A stretch of 64,000 bases of DNA from a bacterium (GTDB lineage: Bacteria; SM23-31), in NCBI GenBank assembly GCA_965249485.1, contig OZ252239.1, positions 800,001-864,000 of the forward strand. The letters run 5' to 3'. A model generated the notes under the pieces. It had not been told where the DNA came from. It did not search any database and worked only from the letters and a program-made list of their open reading frames with translations. Both the position numbers and the translations under genes were made by a program. This document shows, piece after piece, positions 20,765 through 30,776 of the stretch (the stretch's first letter is position 1; each line of letters begins with the position of its first letter).

Positions 20765-23149
20765 ATGAAATTTAGTGTGTCATTTTATTGTTTTCTCTTC
20801 ATATCCATTTTTTCTTTTAACCACATATTTGCCCAATCTGCCATTAGGGTAACCGGAACTGTGATTGACAGTGAAACAGGGGTTCCGCTCAGCGGAGCAA
20901 ATATTCTTGTCGAAGAGGCGAAAATCGGTGCAGCAAGCGATGCAGACGGCTCATTTACAATCCGTAACATCCCGCAGGGCAACTACACGCTTAGTGCAAG
21001 TTATGTTGGTTACGATGTCAGAAAAGAGAGAATTATCCTGAACGATAGAGCGCTAAATATAAAGTTCATTTTAACACCAAAAATAACCGAAACATCGGAA
21101 GTTATTGTAACGTCGACACGGGCCCGCAAACGGGAAACACCGATTGCATTCTCAAACCTTTCGAAAGAAGATATACAGCAGAGGTATCGTGCACAGGATG
21201 TCCCTTTTTTTTTGACAGAGCTGCCAGGAATCAATGCCTATTCGACCAACGGAAATGGTATCGGTTACTCATACATCACTGTGCGCGGATTCAACCAGAG
21301 CAGAGTCGCTGTTCTCATTAACGGCATACCGCAGAATGATCCGGAAACGCACGACGTTTACTGGATCGATCTGCCCGATATTCTGGCAAGTGTGGAGGAT
21401 GTACAAGTACAGCGCGGTGTCGGCAGTTCGCTCTACGGCGGATACGGAATCGGCGGTACGATCAATCTCGAGACCAATAATTTCACCCATAACAGGGAAA
21501 TCGATATCAAGTCGAGTGTCGGCAGCTTTAACACAAGAAAGTTCACTCTCTCATTCAACTCGGGACTTATCGATAATTCATGGGCAATGAATACCCGGTT
21601 TTCGCGAATTCTGAGTGATGGCTACCGAGATCAGTCATGGGTAGACCTCTGGTCTTACTATATCAGTGCTGTCCGGTACGGAGTTTCGACCACAACACGA
21701 GTCAATCTTTACGGGGGCCCGGAAAAAACTCATTTTGCTTTTTTTGGCGCTACACAGGCGGAACTGCAGCAGAATAGAAAATTTAATCCATCTGTTTTTA
21801 AAGACGACACGGATGATTTCAACCAGCCCCATTATGAGATTATACATGATTGGGACATCAATGAAAATACCCGGTTGTCAAATACTGTCTTTTATATCAA
21901 AGGAGATGGTCATTTCCTGTTTCGTGCCCCCCGTCCATTTGACCCGACATTTGAAGATGTTGTCCAGAAAGACCTCCTCGATATTAAACAATATGGCTGG
22001 CTTCCCCGGTTTGAGCTAGAACATAAGGACGGCACGTTTATGATCGGTGGTGAAGCCCGTTACAACTGGACTCGCCACTGGAAAGAGATTCAGACAAGTT
22101 TTCAAGCGCCGACTAACTTTTCGGATAATAGTTACGATGTGCCATACGACTACATCGGGAAAAAATGGATGTACACCCTTTATGCCCACGAACTCTACAA
22201 CCTAACACCACGTCTGACAGCAATGGTCGGTCTCCAGTTCATGTACCACCGGTACGATGTTGGTGAAGACAAGGTACGGAACGTGGCATTCGATGTCGAT
22301 TATTCGTTTCTGACTCCCCGACTTGGCCTAAACTATAACGCCACAGATAATCTTAATGTATTTGGAAACTACTCTCAGGCGCGTCGGGAACCGTCAATGC
22401 GCGATTTGTGGGACCCGAGCGGTGTGTTCAATTTTCCGACGGCAACACCATTTGCATTTAACACAATTGACGAAGCAAAGGGTATTTGGAAAGATCCATT
22501 TATTGTTCCCGAAGAACTCAGTGACTGGGAGCTCGGTGTCGGCTATCAAAGACCGGGACTGCAGGCATCGGTCAACGGTTATATTATGGATTTTGAGAAT
22601 GAGATCGTGAACAGCGGGTATATCGGTGTGAGCGGTGAAGCGATCCGGAGTAACGCGGCGCGTACAATGCACAGAGGATTAGAGATGTCGCTCCGCTATG
22701 CACCGGTTACCATGATCGATTTTTCTTCCAATGTGACGATCAGCGAAAACTTTTTCAAATCAGGATCGCTGTTTGATTTTACAAATCAGCCGGTTAATGT
22801 ACAAGATAAGACAATAGCCAACTTCCCCGAATTCATGTCAAATAATCGTATTACTGTCCGGCACGATGATGCTTCGGTGTCATTCTATGTCCGTCATGTT
22901 GGCAAGCAGTATCTCGACAACACCCAGAATGAAAACCGCATCATCGATCCATATACAGTAAGCTCTCTGTCACTGGCATACGGGCTGCGAAATATCGGTG
23001 AACTGCAGAAAATCGAGCTACTGCTCGATTTTTACAATCTTTTCGACACCGAATACGAGACCTATGGTCATATTGATTTCTTCGGAAATCCTGCATGGAT
23101 ACCAGGCGCCGAGCGCCACTTCTTATTTACTATTCGGGGAGTCTTATAG
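20765..23149 (+). CDS. TonB-dependent receptor, probably for thiamine
   Basis: Signal peptide, CarboxypepD_reg-like N-domain, plug (VRGF..INGIPQND..WIDLPD..VQRGVG) and beta-barrel; lies downstream of a TPP riboswitch. Confidence 0.92.
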   Translation: MKFSVSFYCFLFISIFSFNHIFAQSAIRVTGTVIDSETGVPLSGANILVEEAKIGAASDADGSFTIRNIPQGNYTLSASYVGYDVRKERIILNDRALNIKFILTPKITETSEVIVTSTRARKRETPIAFSNLSKEDIQQRYRAQDVPFFLTELPGINAYSTNGNGIGYSYITVRGFNQSRVAVLINGIPQNDPETHDVYWIDLPDILASVEDVQVQRGVGSSLYGGYGIGGTINLETNNFTHNREIDIKSSVGSFNTRKFTLSFNSGLIDNSWAMNTRFSRILSDGYRDQSWVDLWSYYISAVRYGVSTTTRVNLYGGPEKTHFAFFGATQAELQQNRKFNPSVFKDDTDDFNQPHYEIIHDWDINENTRLSNTVFYIKGDGHFLFRAPRPFDPTFEDVVQKDLLDIKQYGWLPRFELEHKDGTFMIGGEARYNWTRHWKEIQTSFQAPTNFSDNSYDVPYDYIGKKWMYTLYAHELYNLTPRLTAMVGLQFMYHRYDVGEDKVRNVAFDVDYSFLTPRLGLNYNATDNLNVFGNYSQARREPSMRDLWDPSGVFNFPTATPFAFNTIDEAKGIWKDPFIVPEELSDWELGVGYQRPGLQASVNGYIMDFENEIVNSGYIGVSGEAIRSNAARTMHRGLEMSLRYAPVTMIDFSSNVTISENFFKSGSLFDFTNQPVNVQDKTIANFPEFMSNNRITVRHDDASVSFYVRHVGKQYLDNTQNENRIIDPYTVSSLSLAYGLRNIGELQKIELLLDFYNLFDTEYETYGHIDFFGNPAWIPGAERHFLFTIRGVL

Positions 23150-23491
23150 GTAAATAAAGTTCGATTGTTAAGTAAGGAATGTATTTATAGTCGTTTATTG
23201 GATGTGCAAAATGTTATTCCATTATCAAATAGATGTATAATGTAGTTTCAGTTAACGAAGCTGGAGAACTGGCAGAACCGGAAGGAATGGTTCTTTCAGT
23301 GTAAGCATAGCGATTCTGACTTCGGATGAATACCGAGAAGCACAGCTCGAAGCACGATTTCTGGAAAAATGGAAATCACAACTTGGTGGGTGTTATTGAA
23401 AAGAGGGCAGATTTACTCTGCCTCCTGATGTATAAAAGTGGTGCAGACTGACATGGTGACTTGGTAAATCACGTGAATAATGCCGGTCATG

Positions 23492-24496
23492 CTATTTTGA
23501 CCCGCCGCCGATATTCTGCAGGTTATCCTGCGATTTACCATTGACTTCAATAATCCGAAGGTTATTCTGTTCGGACTCCGCAATAAAATCCATTGGATCA
23601 GTAGGCTCATCGTCAACCCATATCTGATAATGCAAATGGGGTCCTGTCGATCTACCCGTGCTTCCCACTGTTCCGATAATATCGCCCCCTTTGACCATGT
23701 CTCCCTTCTTAACAAGGATTGAATTGAGGTGGCCGTATTGCGTGAGTACCTCGTACTTGTGATCGATAATGATGGTATTACCCCATAACCGTTTCTCCCC
23801 TGCAAAGGATATGACACCGTCACCGGGAACCACAATTGGGGTATTCTTTTTATTGACAATATCTATTCCACCGTGAATTGCAACAGTCTCGGTAAAAGGG
23901 GATTGTCTCAGTCCGAATTGTGAAGCAAGCCGGCCTGTTAAAGGCAGACCTTCCGGGACTGACGCTAATCTGTCTAACATCGTATCAAAGCTTTGTGATG
24001 TAGTTGTCAAATCGTTCATGATTTTAGAAAGATATGACGAAATAATCAGGGGAGACTCGGGAAAATTGTCAATTGAATGATCAAACGATGGTTTACCATA
24101 AACGTTCTGATGCGATTTGTCAAAATCACCGTTTCTATAACCGCCAGATGTTTGGAAATAAGGGAGAGTATGTGACAAGTCACTGATAAGATGATTAATT
24201 GTCCGTACTGTTTCAGATACGAGTTCCGTGCAATTGCCTATCTTATCCATACGTGAAAATAACAGAGTTTCTTCTTTCTGGTATAGTCTGAGCGAATCCT
24301 GATACGACCGATATGAGTTAAGTATTGTAGCCGCAAATCCAATTGACGAAATAACCACGATGGTTACTACTGAAAACAGTATCGATCTGGATATATGAAT
24401 GGATTTTATATCGCTCTCCTCAGAGAAAAGAGTCAAAGAAATATAATCCTGACGCAACAGATTAATAAGAAAACGCATCTTTGGAATATCCTTCAC
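23492..24496 (-). CDS. M23 family metallopeptidase
   Basis: Motifs HGGID, YGHL and STGPHLHY; N-terminal TM plus helical region. Confidence 0.92.
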   Translation of the reverse strand: MKDIPKMRFLINLLRQDYISLTLFSEESDIKSIHISRSILFSVVTIVVISSIGFAATILNSYRSYQDSLRLYQKEETLLFSRMDKIGNCTELVSETVRTINHLISDLSHTLPYFQTSGGYRNGDFDKSHQNVYGKPSFDHSIDNFPESPLIISSYLSKIMNDLTTTSQSFDTMLDRLASVPEGLPLTGRLASQFGLRQSPFTETVAIHGGIDIVNKKNTPIVVPGDGVISFAGEKRLWGNTIIIDHKYEVLTQYGHLNSILVKKGDMVKGGDIIGTVGSTGRSTGPHLHYQIWVDDEPTDPMDFIAESEQNNLRIIEVNGKSQDNLQNIGGGSK

Positions 24497-24833
24497 GTTT
24501 TTGAGTCGAATCTAGCAAACTTCGAGTAATTTCGTTTTCGTCACACGTTGAAAACAGGCTGTCTTCAACAATAGAAATCGTCATAAGCCCCCGCTCAATT
24601 TCAGTACGAAGCAGTAATAGTGTACTTTTGTTAGAATCATAGAGATACGCTTTCTCCTGAAAATACGAATTTACCCGCCAAGTCAGAGTGAATATTACCG
24701 ACACAGACAGCATTAAAATTGAGAACCATAGAAAAAACCGTTTCCCGCTGACAGGAATTGTATAACTTTGAGAATCTCTTGACAAAGATATGAGAAGACG
24801 TTTGTGTAAACTATTATAGAAAAATATTCGCAT
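24462..24833 (-). CDS. Single-TM hypothetical protein upstream of M23 peptidase
   Basis: 123-aa ORF with one TM helix, overlapping the next start. Confidence 0.55.
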   Translation of the reverse strand: MRIFFYNSLHKRLLISLSRDSQSYTIPVSGKRFFLWFSILMLSVSVIFTLTWRVNSYFQEKAYLYDSNKSTLLLLRTEIERGLMTISIVEDSLFSTCDENEITRSLLDSTQKREGYSKDAFSY

Positions 24834-25199
24834 TATTAATCTTTTTCATTGTAAGGTTCGGTATCAGCGAAAAAAGGTGCCCCGTTTTAAACACTATGTG
24901 CAAATATGGACAGCCCGGTATGCATTATTACACATACCCGAATGTGATAATTAGTTATATTTGATTTGCGTAAGCATGAACTGGCTTCAATATAACCGAT
25001 TGATTCATTGGGATGTAATACAATCGCAAAATAGATACCAGGAAATTTCTCATGTTGTATCCCGGAAAAACTTTGCGATGGATAAACAATATTTTGTCAT
25101 GTTGTTCGCAATACCGGGTGATTGTTGTAAACTTTTTTGATTGATTTTTTTGAAAGAAATATTTATATTCTGTGTCTCTTAATATGTGCCTGAGCACTT

Positions 25200-25277
25200 C
25201 GGGGTGTAGCGCAGTCCGGTTAGCGCACCTGCTTTGGGAGCAGGGGGTCGGAGGTTCAAATCCTCTCACCCCGACCA
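25200..25277 (+). tRNA. tRNA-Pro(TGG), CCA encoded
   Basis: Cloverleaf; anticodon arm CCTGC-TT TGG GA-GCAGG. Confidence 0.97.
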
Positions 25278-25337
25278 GCGTTCACAGTCTGGATGAAATG
25301 AAAACCGCGCTCACGAATGCTAAGGGACTCGATGGAT

Positions 25338-25411
25338 GCGCCAGTAGCTCAACTGGACAGAGCAACGGCCTTCTAAGCCGTAGGTTGAAGGTTCGAGTCC
25401 TTCCTGGCGTA
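25338..25411 (+). tRNA. tRNA-Arg(TCT)
   Basis: Anticodon arm ACGGC-CT TCT AA-GCCGT; GGTTCGAGTCC T-arm. Confidence 0.97.
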
Positions 25412-25471
25412 CACTTTTAAACACGCCAAAGCACATTAAGGGGAATGAGTTTCTGCCGAGTAAGATTTTAC

Positions 25472-25546
25472 GGTGGGAGTAGCTCAGTTGGTTAGAGCAC
25501 TGGATTGTGGTTCCAGGGGTCGCGGGTTCGATTCCCGTCTTCCACC
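25472..25546 (+). tRNA. tRNA-His(GTG)
   Basis: Anticodon arm CTGGA-TT GTG GT-TCCAG; G-1 and C73 present. Confidence 0.97.
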
Positions 25547-25591
25547 CTAAAGGCAGATCGGTCATCCCCACCCAACATACAAAGCTTACAT

Positions 25592-25663
25592 GTCCCCTTC
25601 GTCTAGTGGTTAGGACTCATGGTTTTCGACCATGCAACAGGGGTTCGACTCCCCTAGGGGACG
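25592..25663 (+). tRNA. tRNA-Glu(TTC)
   Basis: Acceptor GTCCCCT/AGGGGAC; anticodon arm CATGG-TT TTC GA-CCATG. Confidence 0.96.
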
Positions 25664-25670
25664 CACAGGA

Positions 25671-25704
25671 AAAAGGCCTTCTTGAACCATCAAGAAGGCC
25701 TTTT
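25671..25704. terminator. Bidirectional intrinsic terminator
   Basis: AAAAGGCCTTCTTGA-ACCA-TCAAGAAGGCCTTTT. Confidence 0.9.
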
Positions 25705-25754
25705 GTGTTATTACTTTATAAACGTAGGGATTTATTAAAAGTAACGAGATTTCC

Positions 25755-25835
25755 TCAATATAAAAACCAGTGGTTAAACTTCACGAGAAAAACATTCGTT
25801 GAGTAAAGGTCGAACAGGTCGTGGACGCCATCATT
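25755..25835 (-). pseudogene. C-terminal remnant (26 codons) of a DUF5916 gene
   Basis: Reads NDGVHDLFDLYSTNVFLVKFNHWFLY* versus NDDVSDLFDLYPTNVFLAKFNHWFSY* at 44874. Confidence 0.88.
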
Positions 25836-25861
25836 TCCTAACATGTAAACAAAGTTTACAT

Positions 25862-25934
25862 GTTCCCTTCGTCTAGTGGTTAGGACTTAAGGGTTTTCAA
25901 CATTGCAACAGAGGTTCAAATCCTCGGGGAGACC
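25862..25934 (+). pseudogene. Degenerate tRNA-Glu copy
   Basis: Shares CCCTTCGTCTAGTGGTTAGGACT and the upstream ACAAAG.TTACAT leader with the tRNA at 25592; anticodon stem broken, acceptor stem mismatched. Confidence 0.88.
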
Positions 25935-26116
25935 CAAGTATTTGTTAATATACGACTTGTAAATCTTCTTACATGTATTGAGGATTATGTTGTAAGAAAA
26001 GAGCAATGAATATAGAATATAGGATAATGAAGATATTAATGAATTGACAAACTTAAATTATGTCATAAAATATCGGGGCTAGTCATCGCTTAAGAAATTT
26101 TAAACCAAGATGAAAA

Positions 26117-26716
26117 TCAGGAGGATTGTTCTCGTAAAAGGGAGGCGACATCCTGAGATAAAATCTCCACTTCATTCTTGTCGGTACCTTCGTAATATCC
26201 TCGAATACGAGCCTGTCTGTCGATTAGCACGAACTTTGTGCTATGAAATACCGGTTCTTCTATCGAACCAATCTTAAATCCTTTGACTGCCAGAGCATGT
26301 ATGTTCTCTCGTAATCCCGTGAGAAAATACCAGTAATCCGTATCAGCACCATAGCGGGCTGCGTATTCAGCCATCACTGGAGGCGAATCGTATTCCGGAT
26401 TGACGGAAATCGAGACTAAACGGACATTATCTTCAAGCTTATAGGATCGATGAAGAGATGCCATTTGCTTGCTCATGACGGGGCAGGGTCCCGCGCAGGT
26501 GGTAAAAATAAAATTCACAATCCAAATCTTTTCCTTCAGATGGTGTAGAGTAACCTCTTCCGTACTACTGTTTATCAGTGAAAATTCGGGCACCTTACCA
26601 AGCACCGGTAACGGATTTTGCCGAGAACTCTGGTCAATATATCCCGGAATCATTATGATGCTGACAATGACCGAAAGTACAAGCAGGGCAATGAATAATA
26701 CTATAATTTTTTTCAT
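26117..26716 (-). CDS. SCO1/SenC copper chaperone
   Basis: FIFTTCAGPCP (CxxxC), SISVNPEYD and HS.KFVLID; N-terminal TM. Confidence 0.93.
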   Translation of the reverse strand: MKKIIVLFIALLVLSVIVSIIMIPGYIDQSSRQNPLPVLGKVPEFSLINSSTEEVTLHHLKEKIWIVNFIFTTCAGPCPVMSKQMASLHRSYKLEDNVRLVSISVNPEYDSPPVMAEYAARYGADTDYWYFLTGLRENIHALAVKGFKIGSIEEPVFHSTKFVLIDRQARIRGYYEGTDKNEVEILSQDVASLLREQSS

Positions 26717-26855
26717 ATAGATTGTATTCCAGACTTTATTGAGAAGATAAACGTGGTAAAATATCAAAGCTCAATCCGTTGAGTATCTAGCTTATCCGAG
26801 ACATTCACAATGTCAGACGTAACAATTTCTGAACCTGATTCAAGGGGTACCTGAA

Positions 26856-27623
26856 TTACCACACTTCCCCAGAACCCTCTTCTTCAAGGAGCTGCTGTTG
26901 TTCATCCATCCACACCTGGTATTCTTCCTGAGTATGGACGGTCAGAAATCCAATCATCCGATAATGGCCAAGACCGCATAGTTGTGCACACCCGATCTGA
27001 AATTTACCTGTCTCAACTGGAATAAACCATGTCGGTATCTCCATCCCCGGAATTGCATCCTGTTTGACTCGCATAGCGTTGAGAGAAAAACTATGGATAA
27101 CATCCTTCGAAGAAACATAGATGATAACCGGTTTGTCTACGGGTAGATGCATCTGATTCAGGGTTATCACGTCGTCGGCAGCAAACAGATCTTTTCTGTC
27201 TAATCCCAGCGGATTGACCGCCGTATCAACCAGGTCAATATCCCTTTTGCCAAATATGCCGTCCGGTCCGGGATAATGGATATTCCATGCGAACTGCTCT
27301 CCTACCACCTTTATCACCGTTGACTGAGACTCGTCAGGAAACTCATTCACTCGCATTGCCCAGAGGGGAATGGCGAAAGCGAGGAGTAAAACAGCTTCAA
27401 TTAACGTGACAACACCCTCGAGATACGTGGAGGCATGGCTCTTGACGCCGGCGTAGTTCGCTCGTTTATTCTTTGATGCTCGAAAGCGGATCAGGGTATA
27501 GATAAAAAATGTTCCCCACCCAACGAACAAAATGAGCATCAACCAGTGAACGATCCCAATTATATTATCTATGTCAGGCCCATGGGCTGAAGCGCTAGAA
27601 GTCATTCCTAAATATTTTTCCAT
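26856..27623 (-). CDS. coxB: Cytochrome c oxidase subunit II
   Basis: Two TM helices, QFAW, DVIHSF, KQDAIPG and CuA motif CAQLCGLGHYRM; no fused cytochrome c. Confidence 0.95.
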   Translation of the reverse strand: MEKYLGMTSSASAHGPDIDNIIGIVHWLMLILFVGWGTFFIYTLIRFRASKNKRANYAGVKSHASTYLEGVVTLIEAVLLLAFAIPLWAMRVNEFPDESQSTVIKVVGEQFAWNIHYPGPDGIFGKRDIDLVDTAVNPLGLDRKDLFAADDVITLNQMHLPVDKPVIIYVSSKDVIHSFSLNAMRVKQDAIPGMEIPTWFIPVETGKFQIGCAQLCGLGHYRMIGFLTVHTQEEYQVWMDEQQQLLEEEGSGEVW

Positions 27624-27663
27624 GGTACTCCCGGTTCTTCATTTATTCGATGATACGTTTCTA

Positions 27664-27903
27664 CTATCCCTGCTTCAACATCCTCTTCGCTCTATTCCGC
27701 AAATAAATCATGAAAGTTATAATGCTTCCCAGGACACTGCCGGTCACACCCAACATCAGAAATATCGCCATATTCATTCCGGCCGTCATCGGATCATCAG
27801 GTGCACCATAACAGGTTGCACAAGCCCGGGCTAAATTTGGGATTATCAAAAGCGAGAAAGCCACAGTCAACTTTACAACAAAGACGTCAATATTAGTTTT
27901 CAT
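27664..27903 (-). CDS. Small exported/membrane protein with CATC motif
   Basis: Signal-like N-terminus, ARA/CATCYG, Met-rich stretch, TM helix and basic tail; inside the oxidase operon. Confidence 0.75.
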   Translation of the reverse strand: MKTNIDVFVVKLTVAFSLLIIPNLARACATCYGAPDDPMTAGMNMAIFLMLGVTGSVLGSIITFMIYLRNRAKRMLKQG

Positions 27904-27909
27904 ACCACC

Positions 27910-28107
27910 TCACATATTCTTAAATTTTTTAAGTATTTTAATCTCGTAAATTACCAATCCGGCTCCTCCAATTAAGGAACCTATTCCGAGGACAAAATAA
28001 TTTATATTACCCTGGGTTACGTGATAAAAGATTCCCCAGGCTCCAAATGCCACTGCTCCGATTATTGAAACAGTAATAAAAAAGATATGGAAATATTTTA
28101 AAGACAT
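27910..28107 (-). CDS. Small 2-TM protein
   Basis: MSLKYFHIFFI..; RBS GGGGGA; operonic spacing. Confidence 0.75.
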   Translation of the reverse strand: MSLKYFHIFFITVSIIGAVAFGAWGIFYHVTQGNINYFVLGIGSLIGGAGLVIYEIKILKKFKNM

Positions 28108-28120
28108 AACTTCATCCCCC

Positions 28121-28426
28121 TTAATTTATTGTTATGGTATCGTAGTAAGCGATAAGCGGCAATACCATCATCACGATAAGGAATATAGCTGTCAAAATGA
28201 GAATAAAATATATGATCGGTTTTTCTCCGGTAAGGTGCATAAAATTGATTGCCACCAGGCTTCCTTTGACAGTAGCAATAATCAGAGCGATGATAATTCC
28301 CGCAACAACGGTCGTCTTGAGACTAGCCACCGCAACGGTAATAACGGTAAGAATTGCCAACGCAACAAACGTTATTACATAAACTTTCAAATGTTTACGC
28401 ACATGATCTGCGCTCGGGACTGCCAT
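28121..28426 (-). CDS. Cytochrome c oxidase subunit IV family protein
   Basis: Y..F.AL.ILT.ITV and IA.VKG.LV...FMHL; RBS AGGAGG. Confidence 0.9.
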   Translation of the reverse strand: MAVPSADHVRKHLKVYVITFVALAILTVITVAVASLKTTVVAGIIIALIIATVKGSLVAINFMHLTGEKPIIYFILILTAIFLIVMMVLPLIAYYDTITIN

Positions 28427-28434
28427 AACTCCTC

Positions 28435-29025
28435 CTATAAAAGATAGAATACTGGAAACAGAAATATCCAGATCAAATCGACAAAATGCCAGTATAAACC
28501 TGTTACTTCCATCCGATTGGTGAAGCGATCGGGTTCTGTTTCCCACATGCGTTTCCCCCGGAAAAGGAAATAGCCGAAAACGACCATACCTCCGATGATG
28601 TGCAGCCCATGCAAACCAGTCATCGTAAAATAAATAGCCATATAGGTACTTTCGCTGGGATAAGTGTTATGGGAAAACTTGGCTCCGTATTCAAGGCCTT
28701 TGACAATCAAAAACCCGATTCCCAGAAGCAGGGTAGCACTCATATAAATTTTGAATTTGCCAAACTCCTTCATTTTCAAAGAGGCCCAGGACATCACGAC
28801 AGTGATACTCGATGTGATCAGAATTATTGTGTTCAATGTCCCAAGAGGAACGTCTTGATGATCGATGCCCTGAGGCCATTCCACCGCACCAACCCTCAAT
28901 AGGACATACGACGAAAACAGGGCGCCGAACAGCATGATTTCCGACGCTAAGAACAGCCACATACCAAGCTTGGCGTTATAGAGCCCTGTATCGGGCCGCG
29001 CAGTAGTTGTATAGGGAATTTCCAT
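28435..29025 (-). CDS. coxC: Cytochrome c oxidase subunit III
   Basis: Motifs WLFLASE..F, LNT..L.TSS, TGLHGLH and LYWHFVD. Confidence 0.95.
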   Translation of the reverse strand: MEIPYTTTARPDTGLYNAKLGMWLFLASEIMLFGALFSSYVLLRVGAVEWPQGIDHQDVPLGTLNTIILITSSITVVMSWASLKMKEFGKFKIYMSATLLLGIGFLIVKGLEYGAKFSHNTYPSESTYMAIYFTMTGLHGLHIIGGMVVFGYFLFRGKRMWETEPDRFTNRMEVTGLYWHFVDLIWIFLFPVFYLL

Positions 29026-29033
29026 GCAGATTA

Positions 29034-30776
29034 CTAAGCCTCCGGTGATTTATTTTGGGGTACGAAATCCTCAGCTTGTCCCGGAACGCTGTATTCATAG
29101 GGCTCACGATAGACCGTGGGAGTAACGGTAAAATTGCCGTGGGGTGGTGGTGAGGGTGCCGACCATTCGAGAGTCGTGGCCCGCCAGGGATTATTGTCGA
29201 CCTTCTTGCCTTTTCTTATACTGACAAAGAGATTATAGATAAACGGGAGTTGAAACAGTAGCAAGATCCAGGCTGAATACGATATAATCACATTCCAATA
29301 TGCTACTGGCTCCCCAAACGTATATCCAATGCCCCCGTCCCACAATCGACGCGACACTCCTGCCATGCCCTGAATGAACATCGGCATGAATATACCGTTC
29401 ATACAAATAAAAGACCCCCAAAAATGTATTTTCCCCAATTTTTCGTTCATCCGCCTTCCGGTAATTTTCGGAAACCAGTAATAGACACCTGCAAACATAG
29501 CGAAGATTGTTCCCGGTGCCACCACGTAGTGAAAATGTCCTATGACGTAGTAGGTATCGTGCAGATAAATATCCGCAGGCGCCAAACCAAGTGGGAGACC
29601 AGTCAATCCACCGATGCCAAACATGGGGATAAAAGCCAGGGCAAACAGCATGGGGGTATTAAAACGTATTGATCCGCCATAGAGCGAAATGAACAATGAC
29701 GTCAATATAACGATCGAGGGTATAGAAATAATCATGGTCGTCGTCTGGAAAAAATTACTGATGACCGTCCCCATTCCGGTCAGAAACATGTGATGTGCCC
29801 ATACGATAAATGACATGAAACCAAGAAAAATAGTGGCGTAAACCATTGACCGGTAACCCCAGAGCGGTTTTCTTGTATTATTGGCAACAATTTCCGCAAC
29901 AATTCCCATTGCAGGTAAGATCAGGACATAAACTTCAGGATGAGCCAGAAACCAGAACAGGTGCTGCCAAAGGAGCGGACTTCCCCCGCCGCTTACGTCC
30001 AATGCCTCTCCGCTAATTAACAGACCGCTTGGTATGAAAAAACTCGTGTCTGCCACACGGTCCATGAGTTGCATGATTCCGGCAACTTCCAAAGGAGGAA
30101 AAGCGAGCAGCAGTAAAAAAGACGTTACCAACTGTGCCCAAACAAAAAAAGGCAGCCGCATAAAAGTCAGTCCCTCTGCTCTCAGCTGAAGTATTGTCAC
30201 GATAAAGTTTATGGAGCCCAACAGGGAAGAGGTGATGATGAATATCATTCCAATCAACCATACTGTCTGACCTGTAGTGGCAATGACCGACAGGGGCGGG
30301 TAGGACGTCCAACCAGAATTTGCCGCTCCCCCCGGTACAAAAAAGCTGACAAGCATAGTCACGCCCCCAAGAAAATATACCCAGTAGCTTGCCATATTGA
30401 GCTTTGGAAACGCCATGTCCGGCGCACCAATCTGTAGCGGCATGACATAATTACCAAAAGCGCCTACTGCAAGCGGCACTATTCCCAGAAAGACCATGAT
30501 CGTCCCGTGCATCGCTCCGAGTTGATTGTAAAACTCAGGAAGCATGATACCTTGAGGCATCCTTTCTTCACCAAACCATCCTCCAATAATGGGAATTGCC
30601 TGTTCAGGATACGCTAGCTGCCACCGCATGAGCATCATTATCGAAAATCCAAACAGGAGAAAAAGTAAACTGGTGAATCCGTATTGAATCCCAATTACCT
30701 TATGGTCTGTGGAGAAAACATAATTTTGCCAGTAACCCTTAGAACCGTGATGTGCCGTATGACCGGATTGCTCCAT
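29034..30776 (-). CDS. coxA: Cytochrome c oxidase subunit I, A-family
   Basis: STDHKVIG, MHGT.M, PDMAFP (D-channel), HPEVY, WAHH and HDTYYVIGHFHY. Confidence 0.97.
   Translation of the reverse strand: MEQSGHTAHHGSKGYWQNYVFSTDHKVIGIQYGFTSLLFLLFGFSIMMLMRWQLAYPEQAIPIIGGWFGEERMPQGIMLPEFYNQLGAMHGTIMVFLGIVPLAVGAFGNYVMPLQIGAPDMAFPKLNMASYWVYFLGGVTMLVSFFVPGGAANSGWTSYPPLSVIATTGQTVWLIGMIFIITSSLLGSINFIVTILQLRAEGLTFMRLPFFVWAQLVTSFLLLLAFPPLEVAGIMQLMDRVADTSFFIPSGLLISGEALDVSGGGSPLLWQHLFWFLAHPEVYVLILPAMGIVAEIVANNTRKPLWGYRSMVYATIFLGFMSFIVWAHHMFLTGMGTVISNFFQTTTMIISIPSIVILTSLFISLYGGSIRFNTPMLFALAFIPMFGIGGLTGLPLGLAPADIYLHDTYYVIGHFHYVVAPGTIFAMFAGVYYWFPKITGRRMNEKLGKIHFWGSFICMNGIFMPMFIQGMAGVSRRLWDGGIGYTFGEPVAYWNVIISYSAWILLLFQLPFIYNLFVSIRKGKKVDNNPWRATTLEWSAPSPPPHGNFTVTPTVYREPYEYSVPGQAEDFVPQNKSPEA

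Larger units (their letters stand above)
25643..25835 (+). repeat. Left copy of duplicated block (tRNA-Glu 3' end, terminator, 81-bp 3' end of DUF5916 gene); partner at 44771-44954
   Basis: 25755-25835 matches 44874-44954 at about 69/81 nt (hand count); terminator arms are nearly identical. Confidence 0.92.

Noticed and set aside
23150..23491. Possible ncRNA or gene remnant between convergent genes
   Set aside because: Only short hairpins and a stop-interrupted minus-strand frame with no recognisable similarity.
24955..25806. ORFs overlapping the tRNA cluster
   Set aside because: These are translations of tRNA sequence, not proteins.
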